Position numbers and translations under genes: made by a program. The notes under the pieces were generated by a model. That model worked only from the letters and a program-made list of their open reading frames with translations, had not been told where the DNA came from and did no database searches. Positions 27,388 to 38,147 of a DNA stretch of 64,000 nucleotides are shown here, in pieces (position 1 is the first letter of the stretch; each line of letters begins with the position of its first letter). Source of the stretch: Gemmatimonadota bacterium (lineage in GTDB: Bacteria > Gemmatimonadota > Gemmatimonadetes > Gemmatimonadales > Gemmatimonadaceae); the NCBI GenBank assembly GCA_040389905.1, contig JAZJZK010000030.1, forward strand, positions 22,085-86,084, in the 5' to 3' direction.

Positions 27388-28254
27388 CTAGAGCTTCCCT
27401 CTCAGCATTGAAGAGAACAGCTCGACGGCTCGCGGATCCGAACTCTGTCCCAGTTGGTACAGCGCCGCGACGCGAGCATCGCGATGCGGATTCGACTTCG
27501 CAATGTCGAGCAGCGTCGGCACCGAATCTTCGTACTTGTCGCGCTGCCGCACCAATCCGTTGACTGCTTCACGCCGAATCGCGCGCGTGGCCTCGTCGGT
27601 GTTCGCCTCAGGCGGCAGCGTGTTCGCCGCGGCGCGCGCCAATAGATCGCTCGCGCGCCGGCGATATTTGAGCAGCTTCGTCGAGTCCTTGGCGATGGAC
27701 TCCAACACCTGCCAACGTGGTGTCGAGTCGAGCAGGATCAGCGGCATGAAGGCCTGAGACGATGTGCGTCCGTCCCCCGCACGCGCGAGCGCCTGGAAGT
27801 ATGCGCCCGCTTCTGCCGCCGAGACAGTGCCAAGGTCCTGGACGGTATCGCCGAGCGTTGGCAGCGGTCCGACTGCGATCTTGATCCAGCTCGCCGTGCC
27901 GTCGACCATCCGCACGATGGCGCGCAGAGGACCCTTCTCACACGGCGCGATGCGCGTATCCCATGGCTCGGTCGTCAGCAGCATCACACCGTCGTAGGAC
28001 GTGTAGCTGTACGAATCAGAGCTGTAGGAGATGTTGCTGAAGCTGTTGATGCCCTCGAAGAATCGCGTATTCGGCCCGCCCAGCCCGTCGCTGTACGACG
28101 TCTTGCCATCGCCGCAGACCTCGGGACGCGTGCGCGCCGAGAAGGCCACGGTACGGGTTCCTGCCGCGCGCAGGCGTTCGGCCAGTGGCCGCTGCGCCTG
28201 CGCGATACTTGGAGCGATGAGGAGCGCGAGTGCGAACCCTGTTGCCGGCCGCAT
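27388..28254 (-). CDS. Secreted HEAT-repeat protein
   Basis: Signal peptide ...AQAQ; ARVAALYQLGQSSDPRA. Confidence 0.75.
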   Translation of the reverse strand: MRPATGFALALLIAPSIAQAQRPLAERLRAAGTRTVAFSARTRPEVCGDGKTSYSDGLGGPNTRFFEGINSFSNISYSSDSYSYTSYDGVMLLTTEPWDTRIAPCEKGPLRAIVRMVDGTASWIKIAVGPLPTLGDTVQDLGTVSAAEAGAYFQALARAGDGRTSSQAFMPLILLDSTPRWQVLESIAKDSTKLLKYRRRASDLLARAAANTLPPEANTDEATRAIRREAVNGLVRQRDKYEDSVPTLLDIAKSNPHRDARVAALYQLGQSSDPRAVELFSSMLRGKL

Positions 28255-28262
28255 GATCGACC

Positions 28263-29936
28263 TCACGGGTTGAGGATGTCGAGGAGGATCTGTTTGACTC
28301 TCGGGTCTTTGCGCTGGCCCAGCCACAGGATCGCCTTCTTCCGCAACTCCGTGTTCTTCTCATTCTTGGCAATCTGAATGAGTTTGTCGGTCGCTTCGGT
28401 TTCGCGGCGTTCCTTGTAGACGTAGAGCATCTGGTCCTGCATCTCCACATCGCCACTGAAGTCGTCGTACAGGCTGAGAAGGTCCTTGAGCTCGCTGCCC
28501 TGACCGGCTTGGTAGAGCGCCTGCTTTCGGACAGCGATCTCCTGATTCTTGTCGCGCGCGATACCCAGTAGCCAGGTACTCCGATCCGGCGTCTTGAGAT
28601 TCGCGAAGCTTCGGATGACCGCTTCACGCAATTCGGGACTTGCCGTCTTGTTGAACAGTCCGCGCAGGTAGTCGGCTTCGTCACCACTGCGGCGGCCATT
28701 GGCGATGGAATAGATCGCGCGAGCGCGCAGGTCGGTGGGCACATTGGTCTGCTCGGCGAAGCGACGGAGTGACGCACGCGCCGACGGACTACCGTGCTGC
28801 GACAACGCGTTCAGCGCACGGTCACGCATGTCGGCGTCGCCGGTGGAGAAGAGAATCGAGTCGAGCGCCCGCGCTGCGCGTTCCGTCTTTACAGACGACA
28901 GCCACTGGATGGACTCGCGACGCACTTCGGCATTCGGATCGGTGCTGGCGACGCGCAGCAGGATGTCCGCGCGCTCTTCCTCCTTCGTTTGCGCGACCAT
29001 GTAGACGGCGCGCTTGCGCAATCGCACGGAGCATTCGTCGGTGCGCGCCAGCAGTTTCTGGAGCACGGGAATGACCTGATCCGGATCCATCTGGACGATG
29101 CCGTTCAGCGCGGTGAGGCGCATGTCGTCATCATCGGTTGGGCAGCGATTCTCGTTTCGGAGCGTCGTGGCCCCCCTGGCAATTTCCGAGGCAGCGTCGC
29201 TGTCCCCGCGCCGCGCCTGCTCTGAAATGATGCTCGCGCGGAGCTGCTTGGCATCGTTCAGCGTATTTGCCTTCGGGTAGCGCGTCGTCTGCCGGTCGAG
29301 GGCAAGCACAGCGGCCCTCAGCTCACTGGGGCTGCCGCTCTTGAAGAGCGCATATGCGCGATAGTAGAGCGCGTCCGGTGCGAACTCGGAGTCCGGATAC
29401 CGCTCGGACACCGTGGCAAAGATGGTCGCGGCCTTCTTGTAGTCGCCGTCCGTCAGGGCAGAGCGACCGAGGCGATAGAGCGAGTCCGCCGCGTCGACCG
29501 GGCGTGCGCTGCGTGGAGCGGGAAGCACCGGCGCAGGAACGTTGTAGCTCGCAGGGTTGGCGTAGCCGCGCGGTTCGTAGTCGAAGAAACCCGCGCGGTC
29601 ACCGGCATCGAAGCCGGCGATCATCGCATTGTTCGCGATCGAGGTCGTCAGCCCGCTCAGCAGGTGTTGGCCGCCGGCCATTGCAAGATCGGCGTTCAGG
29701 TTGTTGAGCAGGTGCTGGCCACCCGCCAGCGCCAGGTCGGCGTTGATCGTGGTGAGCAGGTGCTGGCCGGCGTTCATCGCCATATCGGCCGACATCAGCG
29801 TGTGCGCCGTCGTCGCGGTCGTGACGTTGGTAACGATGTCCGCCACCTTGGGCGTGACAATGGTGACGGTCTGCTGCGCACCGGCGACAGCGCCGGACAC
29901 CAGCAGAATCGATGAAACGAAAGTGAGTGTGCGCAT
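28263..29936 (-). CDS. Secreted TPR + HEAT-repeat protein
   Basis: YPDSEFAPDALYYRAYA; repeated VRRESIQWLS/VRKQALYQAG/LRKKAILWLGQ. Confidence 0.85.
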   Translation of the reverse strand: MRTLTFVSSILLVSGAVAGAQQTVTIVTPKVADIVTNVTTATTAHTLMSADMAMNAGQHLLTTINADLALAGGQHLLNNLNADLAMAGGQHLLSGLTTSIANNAMIAGFDAGDRAGFFDYEPRGYANPASYNVPAPVLPAPRSARPVDAADSLYRLGRSALTDGDYKKAATIFATVSERYPDSEFAPDALYYRAYALFKSGSPSELRAAVLALDRQTTRYPKANTLNDAKQLRASIISEQARRGDSDAASEIARGATTLRNENRCPTDDDDMRLTALNGIVQMDPDQVIPVLQKLLARTDECSVRLRKRAVYMVAQTKEEERADILLRVASTDPNAEVRRESIQWLSSVKTERAARALDSILFSTGDADMRDRALNALSQHGSPSARASLRRFAEQTNVPTDLRARAIYSIANGRRSGDEADYLRGLFNKTASPELREAVIRSFANLKTPDRSTWLLGIARDKNQEIAVRKQALYQAGQGSELKDLLSLYDDFSGDVEMQDQMLYVYKERRETEATDKLIQIAKNEKNTELRKKAILWLGQRKDPRVKQILLDILNP

Positions 29937-29945
29937 GGTCGTTGT

Positions 29946-30752
29946 TTACTCGGTGCCGGCCGACGCGGAGACGCCGGCAGGAATGGTGGAACGAAGCTTC
30001 GGAAGCACGTTGCGCTTTTCGAGCGACTGGTTGATTGCGTCGAGATCGGTGCGGCGGCCGTCGGCCGCGTACTGTGAGAGTTGCATGAGGATGAGCTCGA
30101 GGTCCTCGAGCAGCCGCGTAATTGCTGGGTCGTCTCCGCGCCGAGTGGCGAGCAACAGACGCGTGGTGCCGAGCAACTCACGCGAGAGGGAGGCGAACTG
30201 TGCGTCGACCCGAGCATCGCCTCCGGAGCGCGCCTGCGCGCGGAAACCAGTGAGGAGCACTTCGGTGCGCGTCAGATGCTCGACGACCGCGAGACGGTAC
30301 GCGGTCTGGTCGGCACTCCGGTCGCTGGCCGACTGCGACGCCGCCGAGCCACCCTTTGGCGCGCGTTGCGCGAGTTCTCGGCGCACGTTCGTTGGTGGGC
30401 GCGACGCCGGACCAGGGCCATAAGAAGCAGCAGACGGTCCGTTCGAGGCGGCGGGCACATTCGAATCGGTTCCGGTGGCAGGTGCTACCGGATTTGCCGT
30501 TGCGACGGTGCTCGATGTGGCCGGCTGTTCTTTCGACGCCCGCCCGATTGCGATGCCGACGACGAGCACCGCGGCGATCCCGGCGGCCGCCGAGATCCAG
30601 CGCTGGCCCTGGCGTGCGGCTGCGATGGGGGCTGCGGCGGCCTCGGCGCGTGCGCGGCTGATCGCCTCCCACATCGCTTCGCGCGGCACCACCGGCGGCA
30701 CGTTGTAGGTGCGCTTCGCGTCATTGATCAGATCATCGAATTCGTCGTTCAT
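29946..30752 (-). CDS. Putative membrane anti-sigma factor
   Basis: Coupled to the ECF gene (ATGA overlap), single TM, PREAMWEAI. Confidence 0.7.
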   Translation of the reverse strand: MNDEFDDLINDAKRTYNVPPVVPREAMWEAISRARAEAAAAPIAAARQGQRWISAAAGIAAVLVVGIAIGRASKEQPATSSTVATANPVAPATGTDSNVPAASNGPSAASYGPGPASRPPTNVRRELAQRAPKGGSAASQSASDRSADQTAYRLAVVEHLTRTEVLLTGFRAQARSGGDARVDAQFASLSRELLGTTRLLLATRRGDDPAITRLLEDLELILMQLSQYAADGRRTDLDAINQSLEKRNVLPKLRSTIPAGVSASAGTE

Positions 30753-31294
30753 GCGGTCGAATCTCCTGCAAAGAGTGCGAGCGCGGCGCGCAGCTTGGCG
30801 CGGGCGTCGAACAACCGGGCCTTCGAGGTCCCCACCGGAATGCCGAGCGTGCCGGCGATTTCTTCGTGCGTGTATCCCTCGACGTCGTGCATTACGAACA
30901 CCGGCTTGAGCTTGACGGACAAAGCATCGATGGAGGCGTGCAGCCGTTCGCGCAGATCGTGTGGCGCGGTGCGGACACCGGTCGCCGGCAGCTCACCGGC
31001 GTCATCGATCGACGTCGAGCGTGCACGGAGTCGCGTGACCGACCGCATCCCGTTGAGCGAGACGCTCGTCGCGATGGTGTGCAGCCAGGTGGCGAGTGAC
31101 GCGTCGCCGCGATACTGCGAAAGCCGGCCGAATGCACGAATGAACGTCTCCTGAGTGAAGTCCTGCGCCAGATCCGCATCCCCAGCAAGCCGGTAGGCCA
31201 ACCGGTACACGCGCTCCACGTGCGCGTCGTACAACGCACGCTCCGCTTTGTCGTCGCCGGCGAGACATCGAGCTACGAGCTGCTTATCGGTCAC
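30749..31294 (-). CDS. ECF RNA polymerase sigma factor
   Basis: AQDFTQETFIRAF, TWLHTIA, HDVEGYTHEEIAGTLGIPVGTSKARL. Confidence 0.95.
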   Translation of the reverse strand: MTDKQLVARCLAGDDKAERALYDAHVERVYRLAYRLAGDADLAQDFTQETFIRAFGRLSQYRGDASLATWLHTIATSVSLNGMRSVTRLRARSTSIDDAGELPATGVRTAPHDLRERLHASIDALSVKLKPVFVMHDVEGYTHEEIAGTLGIPVGTSKARLFDARAKLRAALALFAGDSTA

Positions 31295-31511
31295 GTTGCC
31301 GTCAGGTGGCGTTCAGGCATTGTGCTTCGTAGACACAGATGGTGTGGGAAGGGTTGGGTTGTCGCGGCGCTCACTCGGGGTGACAACCTTACAATCACGT
31401 TTCAACACGACCACGAACGAGCAAACGCTACTGGCCGCCATCCGCAATTGGAGAACCGCCCGCTACCTTTCATGGTTCTGCACTCTCTCTCGCACCAGTT
31501 CAGCACTCGAA

Positions 31512-32954
31512 ATGCCTTTCGCCCGTCTCAAGATTCATCCCGATCTCCTCCGCGGCACCAGGGAGCTTGGATTCACACGAGCCACGCCAATTCAGGAGCA
31601 GGCCATTCCCCCCGCCATGGAGGGACGTGACGTCCTGGCCTGTGCCATGACGGGAAGCGGGAAGACAGCCGCATTTCTGCTGCCCATCCTGCACCGGCTC
31701 ATGGGGAAGCCGCGCGGAACGACGCGCGCCCTGGTTTTGACGCCCACGCGTGAGCTCGCGGCACAGATCGAGGAACACCTCAGACAGCTGGCCGTTCACA
31801 CGCCGCTGTCGGGTGCCGCCGTTTTCGGCGGCGTGGGTATGGGCCCGCAGGAGCACGCGTTTCGCACCGGAGTTGACGTTCTCATCGCGACGCCGGGTCG
31901 GCTCCTCGATCACTTCAAGCAGCCGTACGCCAAGCTCTCCGGCCTCGAGGTTCTCGTGCTCGACGAGGCCGACCGCATGCTGGACATGGGCTTCCTGCCG
32001 GACATCAAGCGCGTCCTCAAGCATCTGCCCGCGAAACGCCAGACGCTCTTCTTTTCGGCGACGATGCCCGGTCCGATCATGGGACTCACGAAGGAACTGC
32101 TGCACAATCCGGCGCTGATCAACCTCGAGCGGAAGTCGGCGCCAGCGGTCGGAATCCGGCAAGCCGTGTACGCGGTGCGCGAGGAGCTGAAGCCGGCCCT
32201 GTTCGTCGAATTGATGCGCCGAGGCGACATCGGTAGCGTCATCGTGTTCACGCGGACGAAGCATCGCGCGAACCGGCTCGCGGATTACCTCGCCAGCGAA
32301 GGCATTCCGAACGCCAAGATTCACGGCAATCGCTCGCAGGCGCAGCGGACCGAGGCGCTCGACGGGTTCAAGACAGGCCGCTACCGCTGCCTCGTCGCCA
32401 CGGACATCGTGGCGCGCGGCATCGACGTCGAGCAACTCGAGCACGTCGTGAACTTCGATGTCCCGCATCTTCCGGAGGACTACATCCACCGGGTTGGTCG
32501 CACGGCACGTGCGGACGCGACTGGCGATGCCTTTACCTTCGTATCGCCCGACGAGGAGACGGATCTCGCCGCGATCGAGCGGGCCATCTCGAAACGGCTA
32601 CCGCGCGTCGTCGTTTCTGGTTTCGACTATGCGAGCAAGCCCAAACAGCGATTCGAGGTGCCCATTGCCGAGCGGATCGCCGAAATCCGGGCGCGCAAGG
32701 CGGAAGAGCGGAAGCGCGCGAAGGAAAAGGCGGAACGTCGGGCGGCCCACGGTGGCGGCGGTGCCGCAGCGCCAAAATCGCCGGCTGCAAGACCCGCGGC
32801 ATCGCCCTCCCGAGCGCCGCATGGACCCAGAGCGCAGACCGCGGCTCCAAGCACGGCGAATGCCGACCCGCGTCGACGCCAGGGCAGCGGCCGGCGGCGA
32901 GGTGGAAGCCGCCCCGGGGGTCCCTCGTCCGGAGGTGGAAGCCCAAGCAGGTAG
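31512..32954 (+). CDS. DEAD-box RNA helicase (RhlE-like)
   Basis: TGSGKT, PTRELA, DEAD, SAT, HRVGRTAR, basic C-tail. Confidence 0.95.
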   Translation: MPFARLKIHPDLLRGTRELGFTRATPIQEQAIPPAMEGRDVLACAMTGSGKTAAFLLPILHRLMGKPRGTTRALVLTPTRELAAQIEEHLRQLAVHTPLSGAAVFGGVGMGPQEHAFRTGVDVLIATPGRLLDHFKQPYAKLSGLEVLVLDEADRMLDMGFLPDIKRVLKHLPAKRQTLFFSATMPGPIMGLTKELLHNPALINLERKSAPAVGIRQAVYAVREELKPALFVELMRRGDIGSVIVFTRTKHRANRLADYLASEGIPNAKIHGNRSQAQRTEALDGFKTGRYRCLVATDIVARGIDVEQLEHVVNFDVPHLPEDYIHRVGRTARADATGDAFTFVSPDEETDLAAIERAISKRLPRVVVSGFDYASKPKQRFEVPIAERIAEIRARKAEERKRAKEKAERRAAHGGGGAAAPKSPAARPAASPSRAPHGPRAQTAAPSTANADPRRRQGSGRRRGGSRPGGPSSGGGSPSR

Positions 32955-33056
32955 TGATCTGCTCTGTTTTCGCGCTGTGCCCGATCCGATACTGTACGTC
33001 GCAGCCGAGAACACAGGAAGGGCAACCCGAAGCGTCGTATCGCCTTTTACTTCGGA

Positions 33057-34217
33057 ATGACTATGGACGTGGTAAACCGCCTCACCGGCCAACGAGTGCT
33101 TGTGGTGGACGACTCGCGAGCCATTCGCGCGTTTCTGCTCGAGTTGCTCGAGCCACATGTCAAGACGGTCAGCATCGCGGCCGACGGCGCTGAGGCGAAA
33201 ACCGCCTTCGGCAGCGGCGGAGCGTTTGACCTGTTGCTGCTCGACCTCGTCCTTCCGGACATCGACGGCATGGAACTCCTTCGCGAGCTCCGGCGACGGG
33301 ATACGGATTGCGCGATCGTGATGATTACCGGGGCCGGCGGGGTGAGTTCCGCCACGGCCGCGGTGCTGGACGGCGCTGACGGCTACATCGAAAAGCAGCA
33401 CCTCACGACGGCAGGTGAGAACGCGCAATTCTTCTACGCGCTTGCGCAGGCGGTCGAGCATCGCGCTGGCATGGTCGCGGCCAGGCGCCTCGAAGCCATG
33501 AAGGCCGATTTCTACTCGATGATTACGCATGATCTCCGGAACCCCGCCGGCAACGTGCTCGTCTCGTTGAAGATGTTGCTCTCCGGCAAAGCGGGTCCTC
33601 TGGAGGGCAAGCAGGCGAGTCTCGTGCAGCTGGCATACCGGTCGGCTGAGAAATTCGTGAACCTGATCAACGACTACCTCGACTATGCGAAGATCGACGC
33701 CGGCTATTTGCGACTCGATCCAGCGGATGCGGACCTCGGTGAAGTCGTGCGCGATTCAGTCGAGCAGGCTCGCACCCAGGCGGACCTGAAGCGCCAGGCC
33801 ATTACGCTCGACTGTCCGCCGTCGATCCCCGCGTTCGTGGATGCCACCAAGCTGGAGCAGGTGCTCGACAACCTCATATCGAACGCCATCAAGTACACAC
33901 CGGAAGACGGGTCGATCGCGGTCAACGTGGCGATCGCGGACGAAATGGCGATCATCTCCGTATCGGACACCGGCAGCGGCATAGCGCCGGAGAACCTTGG
34001 CAACCTCTTCTCGAAGTATCATCGCGTGCCGGGCCAGCAGGTTGCGCAGATACGCGGTACCGGGCTGGGACTGCTGATCATCAAGGAGATCGTCGAAGCC
34101 CACGGCGGCAACGTGCGCGCAGAGTCGGATGGCATTGCGGGCCATGGCAGCACCTTCACCGTCGAGCTGCCGCTGCGCGCGAATGCCACAGTTCCCTCCG
34201 AGTCATCCGCCGCGTAG
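33057..34217 (+). CDS. Hybrid receiver-histidine kinase
   Basis: REC VVDD..LLDLVLPD; THDLRNP; NLISNAIKYT; GTGLGL. Confidence 0.92.
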   Translation: MTMDVVNRLTGQRVLVVDDSRAIRAFLLELLEPHVKTVSIAADGAEAKTAFGSGGAFDLLLLDLVLPDIDGMELLRELRRRDTDCAIVMITGAGGVSSATAAVLDGADGYIEKQHLTTAGENAQFFYALAQAVEHRAGMVAARRLEAMKADFYSMITHDLRNPAGNVLVSLKMLLSGKAGPLEGKQASLVQLAYRSAEKFVNLINDYLDYAKIDAGYLRLDPADADLGEVVRDSVEQARTQADLKRQAITLDCPPSIPAFVDATKLEQVLDNLISNAIKYTPEDGSIAVNVAIADEMAIISVSDTGSGIAPENLGNLFSKYHRVPGQQVAQIRGTGLGLLIIKEIVEAHGGNVRAESDGIAGHGSTFTVELPLRANATVPSESSAA

Positions 34218-34222
34218 GCGCG

Positions 34223-34678
34223 ATGGAGGCACTCCTGTTCACAGTCGATGAGCGCCGCTGCGCGATTCCGCTTGCACGGGTCGCGGAAGTGGTGCCCGCC
34301 GTGAACGTCCAGGCGGTGCCAGACTCGCCGGACATCCTGGAAGGCGTCGTCAACGTGCGAGGTGAGATCCTGCCGGTCCTGTCGCTGCGGTCCCGGCTGG
34401 GATTTGCCCCGCGCGCCGTCGCATCGACCGAATATCTGATCATCGTCCACGCGGCTTCGCGGCGCGTCCTCTTCCGAAGCGATACTGCACCGGAGATCGC
34501 GGCGCTGCCGGAGCCAGACGCCATCGATCCAGCGTTCGAGGGCATGGATCGCGCGCTCGCGGGCGTCATCCCGCTGCCAGACGGCCTCGCGCTGCTGCAG
34601 GACGTCGACGCGTTCATGGCCACAGTTGGTAGTGCAGCGCTCGCGGCCGCCGACGCGGAACATGCGGCGCACGCATGA
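34223..34678 (+). CDS. cheW: CheW-like coupling protein (WspB-like)
   Basis: EGVVNVRGEILPV. Confidence 0.85.
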   Translation: MEALLFTVDERRCAIPLARVAEVVPAVNVQAVPDSPDILEGVVNVRGEILPVLSLRSRLGFAPRAVASTEYLIIVHAASRRVLFRSDTAPEIAALPEPDAIDPAFEGMDRALAGVIPLPDGLALLQDVDAFMATVGSAALAAADAEHAAHA

Positions 34679-36189
34679 TCGCACCTGCCGCAGACCCGCC
34701 GGCGCGATGGAGTAACCCCGCTTTCGAGCGAGTCGTGCGCCTCGCTGGCACGAAAGCGGGCCTCACCTTTCCGGACAACCGACGCGAAATCACCGAAGCG
34801 GCTCTGCGTCGCGCCATGCTCCACATCGGGATCAGTGACCCGGTTGCGTTCGCCGACCGCGTCACCTCCGACGTGGACGCATACGCGACGGCGCTCACTG
34901 AGCTGACCGTTGGCGAGACGTACTTCTTTCGCGACCCGGGGCAGTGGGACCTCATTCGGAGGATCCTCGTCCCCTCACTGCTCGAGCAGCATCCGGATGG
35001 ACACGGTGTGCGCGCCTGGAGCGCCGGCTGCGCGAGCGGCGAAGAAGCGTACAGCCTCGCCATCGTCCTTTCGGAGTCGGGATGCATTCGCCCCTCCGTT
35101 GTCGGCACAGACCTCTGCGAGCACCGCCTCGGTCGCGCGGCCCGCGGCGTTTACACCAAGTGGTCGATGCGCGGCGTGGACGATGTGACGCGCCACCGGT
35201 ATTTCACGGAGTCGGCGCAAAATTTTCACCTGCGCCCCGAGTTTCGCGACGTCCAATTTCGGCAGCTCAACCTCGCGGAGCAGGGCTATGGCGCCCCGGG
35301 CCAGGCGCTATCGGAGCTGGATCTGATCCTGTGTCGCAATGTGCTCATCTATATCGATCCGCCAACGGTCGCGGATATCTTCACGCGGCTTGTCGATGCG
35401 CTCCGTGAGGGTGGGTGGCTGATGATCGCCGCATCCGACCCACAGCCGGATCCGGAGCTTCCGCTGGAAGTCGTCGTGACGGATTCCGGGTTGTTGTTTC
35501 GCAAGAATTCGTCGTGTGCGGGGCGCCATTCGCTGCCGGATCTCACGGCAATCACGTCCGCCGCGCCTGCGGTGGCAGCGCCACCGCCGAGACGATTCTC
35601 CCTGACACCAACTCGGCCCGCCGCCCGCATCGCTCCAGCACCGCCTGCGCGCGTGATCCCTCCGCCGCGCGCTCCGGACACCGCGGTCGGCCCTCTCGAG
35701 GCATACCGCGCCGGCAAGTACACTGACGCCATCGCTATGGCCGAGGCACGCGTTCGGGCAGAGCGAGACGATGCCGCGACGTGGATCGTGCTGGCACGCG
35801 CGAATGCGAATCGTGGGGACCTCGATGCGGCCGCGAGGGCCTGCGCCTTCGGCATTGCCCGGCATCCCGGCGCGGCGGAACTGTACATCGTGGAGAGCGC
35901 GATCGAGACGCAGCGTGAGCGTTACGCCGCGGCGGCGGAGGCTGCGCGCCGCGCCCTGTACATCGATCGCGGGCTGGTCGTGGCGCATCTCGCATTGGGC
36001 ACCGCATTGCTTCGGCTGGGTGACTCGGCCGCGGCGGACCGCGCACTCCGTGCGGCTGAGCGTGGGCTCGTCGCACTGGGTCACTCCGAGGTTGTGCCCG
36101 CCAGCGACGGTGCGCTCGCGCAGCCGCTCCTGAACGTCGTGCGCGCACATCGCGCCATGCTCGAACGCCGAGGTGACAATGGCGGATGA
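34675..36189 (+). CDS. cheR: CheR methyltransferase with TPR (WspC-like)
   Basis: ETYFFRD, WSAGCASGEEAYS, ILCRNVLIY, C-terminal TPR. Confidence 0.92.
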   Translation: MIAPAADPPARWSNPAFERVVRLAGTKAGLTFPDNRREITEAALRRAMLHIGISDPVAFADRVTSDVDAYATALTELTVGETYFFRDPGQWDLIRRILVPSLLEQHPDGHGVRAWSAGCASGEEAYSLAIVLSESGCIRPSVVGTDLCEHRLGRAARGVYTKWSMRGVDDVTRHRYFTESAQNFHLRPEFRDVQFRQLNLAEQGYGAPGQALSELDLILCRNVLIYIDPPTVADIFTRLVDALREGGWLMIAASDPQPDPELPLEVVVTDSGLLFRKNSSCAGRHSLPDLTAITSAAPAVAAPPPRRFSLTPTRPAARIAPAPPARVIPPPRAPDTAVGPLEAYRAGKYTDAIAMAEARVRAERDDAATWIVLARANANRGDLDAAARACAFGIARHPGAAELYIVESAIETQRERYAAAAEAARRALYIDRGLVVAHLALGTALLRLGDSAAADRALRAAERGLVALGHSEVVPASDGALAQPLLNVVRAHRAMLERRGDNGG

Positions 36190-36667
36190 CGGACAAGTCA
36201 TCCTCGACCGCCGAACGCGCGAACTCGCTCGGCCGGTGCAAGCGTCCACCCGGAGAGCGGGGCGGCTCGTCGTGCACTTCACCCTCGGTGGCGAACGGCT
36301 TGTCATCGAGGCGAAGTGGCTGCTTGGCGTGGCGAAGATCGCGACGCTAGCGTCGCTCCCGGGCTCCGAACCGCCGGTGCGCGGGGTCACCGTCTGGCGC
36401 GGCGACCTCCTGACCGTGCTCGATATCAGGCCTGTCCTCGGCATTTCAACCGCTGCGTTGAGCGATATGACCCGCGTTCTCGTCGTCGGCGAGCGACGCG
36501 CGCGCTTCGGCCTGCTCGTCGACGCGGTGGGTGAGGCCGTAGACCTTTCGGACGTCGGGCTCCTGCCGACGCCCGCGAATTCGATGTCCCGCGAATACCT
36601 GATCGGTGTGACCGCGGATGCCGGGCTCGTGCTCGACGGCGCCCGGCTTCTGCAACTCTTCGACTGA
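36179..36667 (+). CDS. cheW: CheW-like coupling protein (WspD-like)
   Basis: [33 protein letters not shown]. Confidence 0.85.
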   Translation: MADDGQVILDRRTRELARPVQASTRRAGRLVVHFTLGGERLVIEAKWLLGVAKIATLASLPGSEPPVRGVTVWRGDLLTVLDIRPVLGISTAALSDMTRVLVVGERRARFGLLVDAVGEAVDLSDVGLLPTPANSMSREYLIGVTADAGLVLDGARLLQLFD

Positions 36668-36677
36668 GGAACTGCTC

Positions 36678-38147
36678 GTGCGTGGTTCGATCATTCAGAA
36701 AATCGTCATGGGGTTCGGGGGCGTCTTGCTCCTTGCGCTGGTGATAGCCGCCGTGGGCATTACCGCGCTCAACCGTGAGACAAAGTCGAACGAGACGATC
36801 GCAGGCCAGGTGCTCGTCGATGACGTCCTCGCCAGCAGCGCGGAATCACATTTCCTGCGTGCGGATCAAAACTTCCTGCGCGCGCTGCTCGAACCCGGGG
36901 AGTCGCGCTACCGCGCGGCTGTGGACGCCGAGATCAAGGCATCCTACTCGGACATCGCGACGCTGCACGATTCCGTTGATGACGAGGAGGCAAAGCGTAT
37001 CTGGGCGGGGGTCGATACCGACCTGCACGCCTGGCATGCCGCCACTGAGCGCGCCGTCGCCAGTGCGGTGGCCGGCAAGCGCGACGAGGCGCTCGCGATT
37101 CGCAATCGGGATGTTCTGCCGCTCGTCGAACGCGTCGAAGCCGACCTCACCAAAGGCGTCAAGATCGAACAAACGCAGACCAAGCGCACGATTGAAACCG
37201 CACAAGCCAGCATCCGTTTCGCGACTCAGGCGCTCTGGGTCGTGGCACTGCTGACCTTGCTCGCAGGCGTGGTCTTCTCGTACCTCGTGACGCAATCCAT
37301 CACGAAACCGCTTCGCGAATCGACCGGGGTGCTCGCGACGAGTTCCGCTGAAATCCTCGCAGCGACATCAGAACAAGCCAGCGGCGCGAACGAGTCCATG
37401 GCCGCAGTGGCGCAAACGGCGGCGACGGTGGATCAGGTCGCGCAGACCACGGAACAGGCGGCACAACGCGCACGCAGCGTGGCCGAGGGTTCACAGCGGG
37501 CGATGGAGGTGAGCCGAAATGGTCGCGCGGCGGTCGATGCGTCCATCGCCGTGATGGGGCGCGTCGTAGAGCAGGTGGACTCCATGCGTTCCGGAATCCG
37601 TGCCCTCTCCGAACAGGCCGAACTCATCCGAGGTATCACGACGACCGTGGATGATATCGCCGAACGCTCCAACCTCCTCGCGTTGAATGCGGCGATCGAG
37701 GCGGCCCGTGCTGGCGAGGAGGGGCGTGGCTTCGCCGTGGTCGCCGGTGAGATTCGGAGTCTCGCGGAGCAGTCCAAACGGGCAACCGTCGAGGTTCGCG
37801 GCATTCTGGGCGACATCCAACGCGCTGCCGCGTCCGCAGTGTCCGTGGCGGAGGAGGGGGCAAAGCAAGCGAGCGAGAGCGCCCGCACGGTCACGGAGGC
37901 CGGGGAGACCATTCGCCAACTCGGTGAAACGATGAGCGATGCCTCGCAGGCCGCCGCGCAGATCGCCGCGTCCGCGGGCCAGCAGGCGACCGGCATGGCG
38001 CAGATTCGTCAGGCGATGCGCAACATCCGCGAGGTCACCCAGCAGAATCTGGTGGCGACCCAGCAGACAGAGCGCGCCGCCAAGGATCTCGCGACCATCG
38101 GCAGCACGCTGATCTCGATGGTTGGCGGCCGGTCGAAGGGCGACTAG
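36678..38147 (+). CDS. Methyl-accepting chemotaxis protein (WspA/FrzCD-like signalling domain)
   Basis: Two TM segments, periplasmic helical domain, [26 protein letters not shown]. Confidence 0.95.
   Translation: MRGSIIQKIVMGFGGVLLLALVIAAVGITALNRETKSNETIAGQVLVDDVLASSAESHFLRADQNFLRALLEPGESRYRAAVDAEIKASYSDIATLHDSVDDEEAKRIWAGVDTDLHAWHAATERAVASAVAGKRDEALAIRNRDVLPLVERVEADLTKGVKIEQTQTKRTIETAQASIRFATQALWVVALLTLLAGVVFSYLVTQSITKPLRESTGVLATSSAEILAATSEQASGANESMAAVAQTAATVDQVAQTTEQAAQRARSVAEGSQRAMEVSRNGRAAVDASIAVMGRVVEQVDSMRSGIRALSEQAELIRGITTTVDDIAERSNLLALNAAIEAARAGEEGRGFAVVAGEIRSLAEQSKRATVEVRGILGDIQRAAASAVSVAEEGAKQASESARTVTEAGETIRQLGETMSDASQAAAQIAASAGQQATGMAQIRQAMRNIREVTQQNLVATQQTERAAKDLATIGSTLISMVGGRSKGD

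Noticed and set aside
31248..31511. N-terminal extensions in the ORF track (helicase, also dut, ftsH, folP, ileS, cheB, DUF2723)
   Set aside because: Extensions overlap neighbouring genes and lack family similarity; downstream starts were used.
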